Assembly (NCBI GenBank): GCA_001643675.2
Contig: LSRY02000012.1
Location: forward strand, 1,302,001-1,366,000
Direction: 5' to 3'
DNA: 64,000 bases
DNA from: Monocercomonoides exilis PA203
Taxonomy: Eukaryota > Protista > Preaxostyla
Shown: one piece after another, positions 38,634 to 51,812 of the stretch
How the letters are laid out: each line of letters opens with the position of its first letter
How positions within the stretch are numbered: position 1 is the stretch's first letter
Position numbers and translations under genes: made by a program
The notes under the pieces: model-generated
Databases searched by the model: none
The model's input: only the letters and a program-made list of their open reading frames with translations
What the model was told of the DNA's origin: nothing

Positions 38634-41237
38634 ATGTCAATTGAAATAATTTCGGCTTTGCTTATTGTCTTTTTGTTTTTTCTGTTGATAGTACTCATCT
38701 TTGGAGGGCTTCCAGTGTTCAGAGGAACTTTTGTTAACAAGCTCTATGCTCTCTGCCATCCTCAAAAGAAACAAGAACAAACATCAAATGGACGCTCTTA
38801 TCGCTCACCAAACTGTTTTGAGGCTTGCTTCAATAAAATAATGTTTGAGAAGAATCCATGCATGCAAGTGTGTTCCTTCTTTTGTTTCACCTCAACAATA
38901 TTGCTACATATTCTTTTCATAAGATTTTTTACATGAGTCTTGCTATTGGGATGTATATCGCATGGTTCTTCGGAATTTTTTTGTATCTTGATGGCAAGCA
39001 TATGTCCTCTCTTCACAAGTTTGCTTTCATTTGAATAAAGTCATTTTTTTAAAACAGAATCCTTTTTATTTAACCACGTTCCAAGCATTTTTATTTTTGC
39101 TGGAATAACGCTGTCAATTGTATCGTTTATTGTTGCATGCAAAGCAGATCCTGGTGTTGTTACAAAATTGAATTATCCAATTTTTGAAAAGGCGTATCCA
39201 TACGATGGGTATCTGCATTCAGAAGTTCGCTTCTGCAAACATTGCGGGATTATAAAGCTTGTGAAATAATTTGTTAGAAATATCTTTCGTTAATTATTTA
39301 TGCATTCATTTGGTTCTATGATTACTATTAGACCACCTCGAACTCGTCATTGCTCAACTTGTGGATGTTGCATAGCTAGAAACGATCATCATTGCCCATG
39401 GTGTGTTAAAGTTGTTCATTTAAATGCTATCTTTAATGAGCTTTTTCGAAATATTATTTACAAATAGGATTAATAACTGGTTTGCGCTCTTTTGCAACAT
39501 TTGACGAATCAAATATTACATGAATCGCCAATATATTATTTGAAAATATACTTCACATTTAACCAATAACTGTGCTGAAAAAATTAAAAAATTAGTGTTG
39601 GTGCTGGAAATTATCGTTATTTTTTGCTATTTTTGCTGACGAACGGAGTGACGTGCGGGTACATTGGTCTGTTTTTTTCTCTTGTTTCATTTCCACTTTC
39701 TTAACCTCTTGCTTCTGCATATGCAGCATATGTTGCAATCAAGCTTCTGTATTATTTTGTGAATGCTGATGGCATGTTTGGAAAACAAGTCAGATTGCGT
39801 AATGGGCAAGTCATTACAATTGGATGGAAAATTGCTCTGACTGTGTGATGTTCGAGTGATAATAAAGCATTTAATGAATTCTTTAACATTCCTTTTTTTT
39901 TTCAATGAATGCTTCTACAGGTGATACTGAACCATCGCATGTGGACTTCGATAGCTGTGATGTTCTCTGTCTGCTTGTGCATTGCGTTGCTGAGCTTCTT
40001 TTTCTATCATGTTTATCTTTTCCTCACAAACACTTCGACACTTGAAACTTTAAAGGTGTGCTAAATGCAAGTGATTTGCTTATATGTGAAATGAGACTTA
40101 ATATTTTAGCCTTCTTTAAAGTTTCATGTAATCTAAGTGAGTTGCATTTGTGTTTTTGCTTCAAATACATTCTTATTCACAACTGATCATGTTATCCAAT
40201 AATTCTATATTTTCCCACCTTCTCTTGCAACATATTAAATTATTTAACATTTAATTCAACCATCTCATTTGCATTTTAGTGGAAGCGACTGAAGCAGAAC
40301 AGGAAAGATGCGATGCAGATTGTGCAAGGAAAGTCCTTTATTCGCGATCTTCCGCCAACTTATGTGGATGATCTGAAGGATGATCTCAAAGAAAAGCATG
40401 TGAACAGATACAGCAAAGGTATCAGACTAAATAAATGAGTGGGAATGATAAAGAGCTTTGAAATTAATAATTTGGATATTCCACTTTAGAATTTTCTATT
40501 CTTTATTTATTTATTTATTTTTAATATTTATATTGCCCTTCTATTAACAATGTTTTATTTCAAATGCAGGGCTGATAAGCAATCTGATGGAAGTGATTAT
40601 CCCACCACACACACGACAATGCAACATCCATCCACTCACAACAGATTCATCATCAACTCCAACTCAAACTCCAACTCCATCTTCTTCTTCTTCTTCTTCT
40701 TCTTCTTCACTCCAACAAGAGCAACTATCCACATTTACTCCAACTACCACATTTTCTTCTGTTATTCCACACACTTTCCCCAACCGCCCTCGATTTCATT
40801 GGATGAATGAGCCAACAGGCGGAGAAATTGAGCGCCATCGCAAAGAAAGAAAAGCAAAAGACGAGAGGAGGAAGAAGCTTCTGATGAGGCAGATTTCAGA
40901 AGCTGAGCAAAAGAAGGAAGAGGATGATGAAGATACAAGCAATCAAAGTGGTAAAGCCAAACACCGCACAAATAGACATACTTTTACAAAGGAAGAGCTT
41001 GAGAATGTCGATGAGACGTTGAGTGCTGAAGAATGGAAAGAGCTTTTCCTCGGGTGCAAAGAAGAAATACTAAAGAGATATAATGCATTCCCAGTGCAAA
41101 GAGTACAACAACAGAAAATGAGTCAGGCTTTGGAAAAGACAAAAGCGAAAGTTGGGAAAGAACCGAAAAAGAAACTTGAGAAAAAGGAAGCAGCGAAAGA
41201 AGGAAGTCATAACAAAGAAAAAATTAAAAAGAAGTAA
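38634..41237 (+). CDS. DHHC palmitoyltransferase (Swf1/ZDHHC4-like), multi-exon
   Basis: [74 protein letters not shown]. Confidence 0.92.
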
Positions 41238-41532
41238 TTATAAATTTTTATGTAGAATAATTTTTTTGAGAACTTTTTCGTTTTTAAAATTGTTATTCCG
41301 TTATAAGTAAAGTTATTGAGCCGCATTCAAATGCTGTAAAATGTGCATAATTGAAATTACATGTGATAACTCTGATTATTTATAATATATAGAAAATTAT
41401 TCAAGAGACGACAAATTTCGCTATTCGGAAAAATCAATTGTATTTTTGAAATGAAAAATTACTTGATTATGGATATTGTTGATCGAGTGTTTTTAATTCT
41501 TCGAAATCTACCAAATTCTCTGGTAATTCGGC

Positions 41533-44500
41533 ATGACAACCATTGAAAGCAATGAAAACACTTTAAATGGACAAAACGAAACAATGCCAGAAGTTATCCA
41601 GGAAACAGTTTTGTTTTCTTTTTCTTTGAGTTGATTGTTTTTTTTCACAGATTATTCAACAGACTTCACCTCACAAAATTTCTTCTGATGCTTCTGCGGC
41701 TACAGAAAAGCCATTGTCTCCATCACCTGTGGATTCGAATCAACATGCCTTTCAAGTTTCACCTCATACTCATGACCCAACAGCAACTCCACTTCCTCCA
41801 GAAGGCCATTCTCATGAGCGTTCAGCTCAACCAGCAAATCAAGCAAAAGAGCTAAATCCACGCCCATCAACTACATTGCAATCTCGCCAAACAATCAGGC
41901 GTCCAATTTCTGGCTCTGTTTCCGCCCGCCCGACTTCAAGCGCTAAATCTACATCTTTGATTTCAACTCATTCAATTAGACCGCAAACAGCATCAAAAGC
42001 CAGGTCCACGTTCGGTTCTAGTAGCAGATTTGGATTTTCCTCTTCAACTCAAAGAGCGAATTCTTCTTCGACTCAAAGGATGGGAGTTCGAAGCTCATCA
42101 TCTTCAGTCAGACCTCCAACTGCACCTAAAGCGGTTGCGTCAACCACTACAACTAGGAGAGGCTTTGGCTCTTCCAGCACACAACCTACAAACGGAACTC
42201 ACACTACGGGGATTCCAACAATCAAAGCCAGTGCCAAAACAGCCTCAACAGTGACTCGTCCAATTACTTCGGGACATCAGATACGTGATGTAAAATCAAC
42301 ACCAACAACAAGAACACACACCCCGTCCAGCTCTTCAAGCTCTCTTCCGCGTCCATCACTATTTGGAACGGGAAATCGACCTGCAAGCGCGTCGCGGCAA
42401 AAGGAGCCCAGAACCAGCGCAATTTCATCATCCTCATCGTCACTTCGTTCTCTTGGCGGTACAACAAGAACAGTAAAATCTGTTTTATGGACGGAAAGTA
42501 CTGTTCGCCAAGAAGTCACCAAACATTTAGGATTTTTGAGTGAAGAAGAAAAAGCTGTTGTCACTGCATCTGTTCTTTCTCAACTTGCAAAAGTTCAATC
42601 AACAAAGAACGACGAACATAAGGACCAACATGCACCTGGATCTGGTCTGTTATTATTTGTGTCAGCGCTATTTTTTTATCTTTTTAACTTTTCAATTCAA
42701 ATTCAAAATTAATTTTGCTTTTTCACAGAATTACCTCCAAAACCCACAAGTACATCTTCTCTTCCGCGACATTCTGTTATAACCCGTCCGTCGACTACTT
42801 CTGCTTCTTCTTCTTCAACGCCTTCATCACGTGCCTCGTCGAGCTCATTGAGAGGTCCACACTCGCTGTCGCAGGCGGCTGTCACGTCACACGAATACGA
42901 GGAGCAGATGGACAGAATGTGGAAAGTCATCGCACAGCTCACTCTTCCTCCAAAACAGCCAGAGCAAATTAAAACAGACGAAGCAACTGCAGAACAAAAG
43001 GAGACGACTACTGATAATGAAAAGGCAGCCGTTGCAGACGAATCTTCAAGTTCTCCTGCTTCAGCTTCATCATCATCATCATCTTCTTCTTCTTCTTCCT
43101 CGTCTCTGCTGTCAACATCTCTTGACACAACAGGACTGATGCAGGTGACTCAGCTGGAGCAGTCAGATCTTCTGACTGACATCTTCATCGGAAAAGACGG
43201 ACAAAGCGACATTCACGTTGTGCCTGCTTCTGCTTCTTCTAACAGTCAATTGGCATATCCAGCAGAAGCACCCTCCGAAGCAGCAAAGCAGCAATCATCG
43301 TCTTTGGCTATTTCCTCCACACAACAAGACAATGAACAATTGTCTGTGCCAGCGGAGGTTGCTGTTGCTGTTGCAGTTGCTAATGATGATGATAATAAAC
43401 AAAAGGCTGTTCAATCGTCGAGGATAGCTCAAAAGCAGAAGGCTCTTCCGCGCAACTGGAGTGGCGTGGTGACTCTGCAGTCTTCTATTGGGAGTGCCGT
43501 GGACAGGAACAAGAAGTCGATGGAGGATGATGTGAATGGCTTCTCTTTCACAGGCACGTTTCCTGTGCGGAGCGGCATTTGTGTGTTTGACGGACACTCG
43601 TTCGACGGCAAGCGGGGGAGAGAAGCGGCACACTTCGCCAAAATGCGCTTCTGCCCAATCTTTCTGGAGGAGTATGAGAAGCTGGCAGCAGCTGCGATGC
43701 TCGGCAGCCCGTCGCTGGAGGAGGTGCTGCGCAACACAATCAAGGCGATTGATGCAGAGATGGGAGAAGGAAAAGGAGGAATCGGGACAAACGGGATGGG
43801 AGGAGAAGAGGAGAACGGGAAGGAGTATTATACAATGGCGGGGGCAACAGCCACTGGTGTGGTGCTGAACACAGGGAATGAGCACTTTGATGGGAATGGG
43901 AAGTCGATTGTGGCACCGCTGAGCGAAAAAACGATGGCAAGGCAGTTGGAAGGGAAGCTGCGGAAAGTGACAGAGAAGGACATGAAGAAATGGATGAATG
44001 AAGCATCTTCTGAGGATAATCAGAACGAGGAAAAAACAGAGAGCGAAGAAGGAGTGAAGGCAGAAGAGGCAGAGCTGTGTCGTTTTGATTCATACACAGT
44101 TGGTGGATCATATGAGCTTGTGAGTGGGAATGTGGGAGATTCAGAGTGTTGGCTCTTTTCTTCGTATCCTCCATCAACAAAGGAGAATTCTTCTTCCTCT
44201 TCTTCTCTTTCTTTCCCTGTTGAGATGACAGAGCGGCACGTCTCCACAAATCCTGCTGAAGTGGAGCGCTGCCGCAAAGAAGGGGCAGACGTGGTGGAGA
44301 TGCCGAACCGCAAAAAGGGCGGTGAAGGCGAAGGAGAAGGCGAAGAAGGAGGCGATGCTGGCACCACTGTTCGTGTGAATGGCATGATGGTCACACGATC
44401 AATAGGAGATTTCCAGTCGCCCCAGACAATCGCATTGGCTGCCACGAAAATGGTGAAGTTGGAGCCTTCTGAGCAGCATGTGCGGTTCTGTGTGGATGAA

Positions 44501-45478
44501 GAGGCAGAAAGAGAAAGAGAAAAGAAAGAAAAAAGTGAAAAGAAAGAAGGTGAAAGCGCAGTGAGTGTGGATGCTCCTCTGCCGCTGTGGTGTGTGGCAG
44601 CAAGTGACGGCTTCTGGGATGTGATCAAGCCATCTGCATGTGCCAATCTTATTCCTCGGCTCATTCAGAACGAGGCAAAGAGATTAAAGGACGAAGCAAG
44701 TCAACAGTCGTCTGCTTCTTCTTCTTCTTCTTCTTCTCAATCTCCAGATGAATCATCTCCTTCTTCACACTCAGTCTTCTACAGCGATGCTGCCATCTCC
44801 TCTCTGTCTGCACAGAACATGGCGTCGCTGCTGGTGAAGGCAGCAGGCGATGTGTATGAAGCAAAAGGAGCTGTTCCTCTTGTGCCAGACGCGACTGCCC
44901 CAACACACAGAGACAACATCGGACTCTGTGTGATGAAGCTGACATGGGTGCCTGTCAATTTGAAGGCAGACAACGAAAATACTTCATCATCATCATCTTC
45001 TTCTTCTGCTGCTGCTTCTGCTGCTTCTTCATTGTTTTCGAGATTTATGACAAGTGAAAGCAAACAGAATGAAAGCAATTCATTGGATGCTTCTGTGCTG
45101 TCAGTAGAAGGTTCCTCTCAGAATGACAGCGGGGCTCTTCTGTTGGGAAAGAGAGGCGGAGGAAGAAGGAGAAACAAGCTGCTGGAAGAGTTTTTGGCAT
45201 CGAAGCCGAGCGGAGAAGAGAATAAGGAAGGAGAAGGAGAAAAAGAAAACAATGAAGAACCAAAAAAGAAGGTTAGTCTTCTGAGTCAGATGGAAGAGGC
45301 TGACAAGGCATTTGAGGCATCCCAAAAGAATGACAGTTTGAAAGAAGAGGAACAAAAAACAGAAGTTGAAACTGAAACTCAACAAACAACTGATGAAAAG
45401 AAAGAAAACGAAAATGCGGAAGAAAAGGCTCCTGCAACCGAAGAAACTAATGAAGAGATAAAAGATGAATCCAAGTGA
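41533..45478 (+). CDS. PP2C/PPM-family phosphatase with a long S/T/R-rich N-terminus and many low-complexity inserts
   Basis: SMEDD, CVFDGH, GNVGDS, TRSIGD, ASDGFWD and DNI motifs in 42848-45478; two short 5' introns inferred. Confidence 0.85.
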
Positions 45479-45870
45479 TTTTGTGAAAGGAAAACATGAA
45501 AAACGCATCTTCTGCTTCACTGATATAATGTCTTAATAATTATCTTCTAAACATTTTTCTTTGTTTATGTTTTCTCAAATGAAATCAAACAATTCTTTGT
45601 TTCTTTGTACACATCATTTTTCAACGCGATTTGGTTATTATTAAGTTAAACAGCATATTAATTTTCATTTATTCAATCTATTTTTTCGATTAACAGCAAT
45701 TCATATTTTTTTTACATCAACATGAAAAAAGAAATTGAAGTATCAAAGGGCCTGATCAGCTTGCTCATTTTGACGCACTTTTTCAGCGCAAACAAGGTGC
45801 TTTTTGCGTTATTTTTAATATCCATTTAATAAAATATTTCGCCTTTACATATTTTAGAAAGTGGCAAGTG

Positions 45871-47193
45871 ATGTCGAAGCGCACACAGTATCTTTTTAAG
45901 GTCCTTGTTGTTGGCGATTATGCTGTTGGGAAGACTTCTTTGATCAAAAGATATGGTTTGAATTCAGATTTTTGGTGGTATTCTAACTATTTCTTAAGTG
46001 AGCAATGTGTTTAATACAAACTATAAGCTCACAAGTTTGATTCTTTAATTTTTATTTCGTTGCAAAGTCCTTGATTATTATTGTTTATAACTGAATAGTT
46101 GGCGTCGATTACTGTGAAAAATCTATTGATTGGGGCGATGGAGTTACAATTTCATTGCAGGTTTGCTAATTTGTTGTGATAAATGTTTCATTCTGAAATT
46201 TCCTTTTTTATTTTCTAAAAGTTGGTTTGTTCTTTTTATTGATAATGCCAAATAGCAATTATAATTCTTTTTATTTTCAAGTGGGATATTGCAGGACATG
46301 AACGGTTTTTTGCGCCTTTTTTTTAAAATAAATATTTTTTATCATCGGAATGACAATTTAGATTTGGACATATGACATCCGTCTATTATAAGCATGCAAT
46401 AGCATCGCTGATAGTATTTGATTTAGCTCGACCAGAAACACTAGAAACTTCTTTGAAATGGAAAGAAGATATAAATTCAAGAATATCTCTTGCTGATGGC
46501 CGTTCTATCCCGTTCATGCTTCTTGCCAATAAGGTTTGGGATTGCAACAAACGTTTATTTTTTGTTATTGCGATCGCAAAAATGCTGTTTAAATTTTGAA
46601 ATATGCACTTGTTTTGAAAATAGTGTGATCTTCCAGAGGTGTCAATCGATCGAGAATATTTAAATAGATTTGTTGAAGAAAATGGCTTTGTTGGGTGGAT
46701 GGAAACATCAGCACGTACAAATAAAAACATTGGTTTGAGATTATTTTATAAAAATTGACAGTTTGACAAACGTTTAACAATGATATTATCGCATTGAAAA
46801 CGATTTCAAACTGCAATCCAATTATATCTACAATCATAGATTCTGCTGTAAGAATGCTGGTTCGATCTATCTTGTCTTTGACAGGAATTGATGCAAAAGG
46901 TGCAGGAGGTGGAGGAACTGAAGAAGGAGACGCATTACGAGGAGATGATGAAGATGAAGAGGAGCATGTTCATCCCGCATACACTACACTTGAGGATGAA
47001 GAGAGGTCACGACCGAAAATGAAGAAAGTTGACACGTCAAAAAGGTTTCCACAATTTCATTTCTTTTGTTTTATTTGATGAACATTCTTAAAACAATTTT
47101 GAATTTTTTTTGAAATTTTTATTCATAAATAATATTTTTTGCCTTCTATTTATTAGTACTGAAGAAGATGGAAAGTCCAAATGTTCTTGCTAA
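45871..47193 (+). CDS. Rab32/38-like small GTPase, multi-exon
   Basis: FKVLVVGDYAVGKTSLIKRY, YKLTIGVD, LQLWDIAGHERFGHMTSVYYK, LLANKCDL, ETSA, C-terminal CSC prenylation motif. Confidence 0.92.
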
Positions 47194-47669
47194 TAATCAA
47201 ATAACAATATGTTGTATATCTGTCTGTGAAGTTTAACATGCTTTAAATCTTTAATCTCAATAAGTTTTCACTTCACTTTCTATTCAGTTATTTTCATATG
47301 AGAGTTTTTTTGTTCTGACGTTGTGCTTTTTTTGCACAAAATGCAGAGGCATTATGAATCTGTAAATATTTATTTTCTTATTAAATTTCATATTTTAACA
47401 ATGTTGTTTTCATTTGATTGTAAAGTGTTTTTATTCTGAATCTTTGAAAGATGAAGACTGCACATTATTTCCCTCAGACTCTTTTAAAGTTAAAAAGCTT
47501 GAATCTTCCTTCAACAGGCAATAAACTTTAACCAATTAATTGTATTAATTTCACAACATGTTGTGAAAGTTCAATCTTTGCTCACATTTGAAGAAAACGA
47601 ATTGTTACTCACACTTTGCTTGATTATATCAGAAAATAATTTCAAAAACTTTTACAAAAATTCACAATA

Positions 47670-49576
47670 CCATTGGTAGAAAACCCGGTAGTTAGTGGAA
47701 AACCCGGTAGTTGGCTATTCATAATTGTCAATTTTTTCAACGTTGAAGTCATCTCAATTAATTTAAAACATTTTTATTTTTGTTTTGAAAGGTGTTTGTG
47801 ATAAAATATTTAATGATTGCAGAAAAAACTTTTCGAAATTTGGAGAGAAAATTATTGACTTTCATTTGATCAAAACCATTAAAATATGAAAAGCATGCCA
47901 AAAACTCAGCTACAGGGTGTAGTTCATGTCTGCCAATAATATTTCATTAAGAAGTTAATAACAAATTATATTTCTCTTACTATACATCAATTTTTTTAGT
48001 GAACGAGCACACAAGCTACATGTTTTGATTGGAGCGTGCTTTTTGGTTGCAGGCTTTCCAAAAGAAAGGTTACGGTTTGTTATTTTTTTGTACTATGTTT
48101 ATTTTTTTATAATTTGCGATGTAATTAATTAAATTCATTAAAAGAAAATGTTAATAGCAGCATTTATCAACACAATTATTTTTTTAGTTTATTGTTTTAA
48201 ATCTGTGCAACGCATGCGTGGCACTTTGTTTTTATGTTATTTATACAAAATACTAACTATTATTTAATTTTTGATGCGTACAAATGCTTTTTCAATGAAA
48301 ATTTTATAATATATTATTTATAATAATTTGCTCTATTCTTTTTATATTCAATAGTTTATCTTGCGCCATTTTTAAATTTCTTGTATTTTTCACAGTATAT
48401 TATGCGTGTCAGCCTTTATCTTTGAAATTCTTTTTTGTCACATTAATAGAAGATAAGTATATTTGTTTCATTTATTAGCATATTTTTCTTTGATAATATG
48501 TACACTCTTATCTTCTAATTTGTTGTGGGTATAGAAATAATTATTATTGAAATGAACTTCAAAAACAATTTCTTAAGTTATTCATTGTTAAGTATTTTCA
48601 TTCATTGATTCGATTTTTAAGAAAAATGAGATATCTTATAAAAGTCATTAATAAGCGTAATTTATTAAAATATAAATGCACACAATTCATGTTAAAATGT
48701 AAACATTAAATGACATGACAAATTTTGAAAAATATATTAATGTTTAACGCAATAAAAAAAAAATATGCTAATAAATGAAACAAATATACTTATCTTCTAT
48801 TAATGTGACAAAAAAGAATTTCAAAGATAAAGGCTGACACGCATAATATACTGTGAAAAATACAAGAAATTTAAAAATGGCGCAAGATAAACTATTGAAT
48901 ATAAAAAGAATAGAGCAAATTATTATAAATAATATATTATAAAATTTTCATTGAAAAAGCATTTGTACGCATCAAAAATTAAATAATAGTTAGTATTTTG
49001 TATAAATAACATAAAAACAAAGTGCCACGCATGCGTTGCACAGATTTAAAACAATAAACTAAAAAAATAATTGTGTTGATAAATGCTGCTATTAACATTT
49101 TCTTTTAATGAATTTAATTAATTACATCGCAAATTATAAAAAAATAAACATAGTACAAAAAAATAACAAACCGTAACCTTTCTTTTGGAAAGCCTGCAAC
49201 CAAAAAGCACGCTCCAATCAAAACATGTAGCTTGTGTGCTCGTTCACTAAAAAAATTGATGTATAGTAAGAGAAATATAATTTGTTATTAACTTCTTAAT
49301 GAAATATTATTGGCAGACATGAACTACACCCTGTAGCTGAGTTTTTGGCATGCTTTTCATATTTTAATGGTTTTGATCAAATGAAAGTCAATAATTTTCT
49401 CTCCAAATTTCGAAAAGTTTTTTCTGCAATCATTAAATATTTTATCACAAACACCTTTCAAAACAAAAATAAAAATGTTTTAAATTAATTGAGATGACTT
49501 CAACGTTGAAAAAATTGACAATTATGAATAGCCAACTACCGGGTTTTCCACTAACTACCGGGTTTTCTACCAATGG
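47670..49576. mobile_element. Non-autonomous foldback/MITE-like DNA element: ~818-bp terminal inverted repeats, 271-bp spacer, putative TA target duplication
   Basis: 47668-48487 is the reverse complement of 48759-49578 with no indels (coordinate sum is 97246 at both ends). Termini read ta|CCATTGG...CCAATGG|ta. A doubled GAAAACCCGGTAGTT sits near each end. Confidence 0.88.
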
Positions 49577-49964
49577 TAATAATGACATTTCTCAAAAATG
49601 AGTATTTGTTCGTTGAACAATCATAAAGACTCCTCATTTTAGAAATAAAATAGTTTCGACAAAACATAATACAGTAAATGAAAAGAATTAAGTAAGAAGT
49701 GAATTCCAAATTAATCATCTAAAACAGAATTCGAAACATAAAACGCATTAAAACAACGAAATAAATGAAATGAAATTATTTTACATATAAAAGCAACATT
49801 GATAGATGACGTGAAGACAATAAAATTTCTGAAAACAAAAAGATAGCTTATTTAGAAATAATATATAAGAGCAAACTTTTGTCAGAATTGGTGATGAATG
49901 GACGACTTTGAATTTCAAAATCTCAAAATTCGTCCAAAGACACAGTGTTAAAAAACTCATTATT

Positions 49965-51812
49965 TCACATCCCCCTGCAGCCACTCTGATCAAAATACAT
50001 TTTGCATGCAGGATGAGGCACGGTGTCAAACTGAAGAAATTTCACTTCGCAGGACTCTCCGCAAAGTCTTAAAAAGCCTCCTTTATTTCTCTCATCACAA
50101 TAACAAGGTGCAGAAAAAACAGTTATCTAAATTGTATTTAAAAAGTTAATGTTCATTGAAGTAATTGTTCAAAATAATTGTTATTTGTCATTTCCATATT
50201 AAATGCCATATTTCAAAAAATGAAACAAACAAGTTTGCCTCCATGCTCCATGGAATAACCCTGTTGCCTAACTTCATGTGAGCGAATAATTCTTTCTAAA
50301 TCATTCTTTGCCAAGAATTCCTATGAAAGCAATAAGAATACAAAAATTACAAAAAGAAATAATAAATCAAAAAAGTCAACATTGAAGTTCAACAATAGCC
50401 TAAATAGATTTTATTTTTTTTCAAAAAAATACATTTCTTGATACAAAAGAAAAAGCATTATTCATTAATCTCCTTTTCGCAACATACAGCTGTCACATCA
50501 GGACCGAAAGAACATCCAAATGGGCGAAGTGTTGGTTTGTACCCTCTTGCTTCACATGGATCACTCCACTTTACAGTGAACAAAAAATAGATTTTTTAAA
50601 AAGAATATTCACATCGACCCATTCAAGAGTGAAAATGTAGAATTGAAATTCCATTGGACAACAAATATCAAAAACATGCAAACCAGCATTTGTGCCATTA
50701 GTAATTCGCCTCCTTCTTCCCCTGGCTCATGAAATCGATCGATAGATTTTATTTCGCTCAATTTCACTGGAGATCTTGTGAATAAGCCACCATGCTAACA
50801 TTGAAAGTAAATTATTAACAATATTTTAAAATGAAAAAAAAAAATAAAAAAAAAATACACACAACAACAAAAACTGATTTATTGATGACAGCACACAATG
50901 GCAGTGCATTGAAAACAAATAAAAAATTCTGATATACTGCTGGATTGTATTTATCATGAACCTAATTTATAGGTTTTATATTTTTATAATAAAACTAATA
51001 AAAGCAAATTCACACTTCATCACGAAATCCATAATCAGCTGTGCACGTAGCAGATTCATGATTTCCTCTAAGAAGATGTATTGAATCAGGAGATGCAATT
51101 TTCAAAGCGAATAATAAGAAACAAATCTGAAAAAGAAAAAACAACAAAAATTTTGCTATTCAACTAAAACAAATTAGCATACTTCAGTCCCAAAAGATCC
51201 CCTATCTACAAAATCTCCATTAATTAGATATGGATTTTCAGGAGAGGGCATTCCATTTTTTTCAAAAAGATTAAGAAGATCATAAAACTGGCCATGCGTA
51301 TCTCCCTAAAATAACAATAACAAAAATAACTTTTTTATGACAGAAACATACCACTACTGTTAGCTCTTTTCCTTCTGGAACGTTAATTTCCAGAATATTC
51401 GGCAAAATTTCAAGAGTTTTTCGTGCTTGAGCCAACAAGCAATTAGCTTGCGTTATTGATAATCTTTTTTGAGCTTTTAATGCGTCTAAAAGTCGAGCTT
51501 TGATAATAAATTGAGAATTAGTTTTCAATAAATCATCACAATTGAAATAAAAATTATTTCATTCAATTTTTTAAATTGAGCATACTGACATAATCTTGGG
51601 TAACAGGTGTTGGGACGTCCAATGGATCAGCTATTTTTAAAAGTTTTTAATGAAAAATTAATTAACAAATGGAGTTGGTTAGCTTGGCAAACTGATCTTT
51701 GAAGTGGTCTTGGATTCATTAAAAAGGCAAAGAAGATAAAATATTTAAAAAGGATTGAAATTAATTTCATCATGTTAATGCATGCGCATACCTTTTTAAG
51801 AGGTCGAGCCAT
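49965..51812 (-). CDS. PPP-family Ser/Thr phosphatase, PP5/PPEF-like catalytic domain without TPRs, many introns
   Basis: [56 protein letters not shown]. Confidence 0.9.

Noticed and set aside
40640-40710. (TCT)n and (ACTCCA)n microsatellites here and in several other genes
   Set aside because: They encode poly-Ser or Thr-Pro low-complexity linkers, which occur throughout this window; not separate elements.
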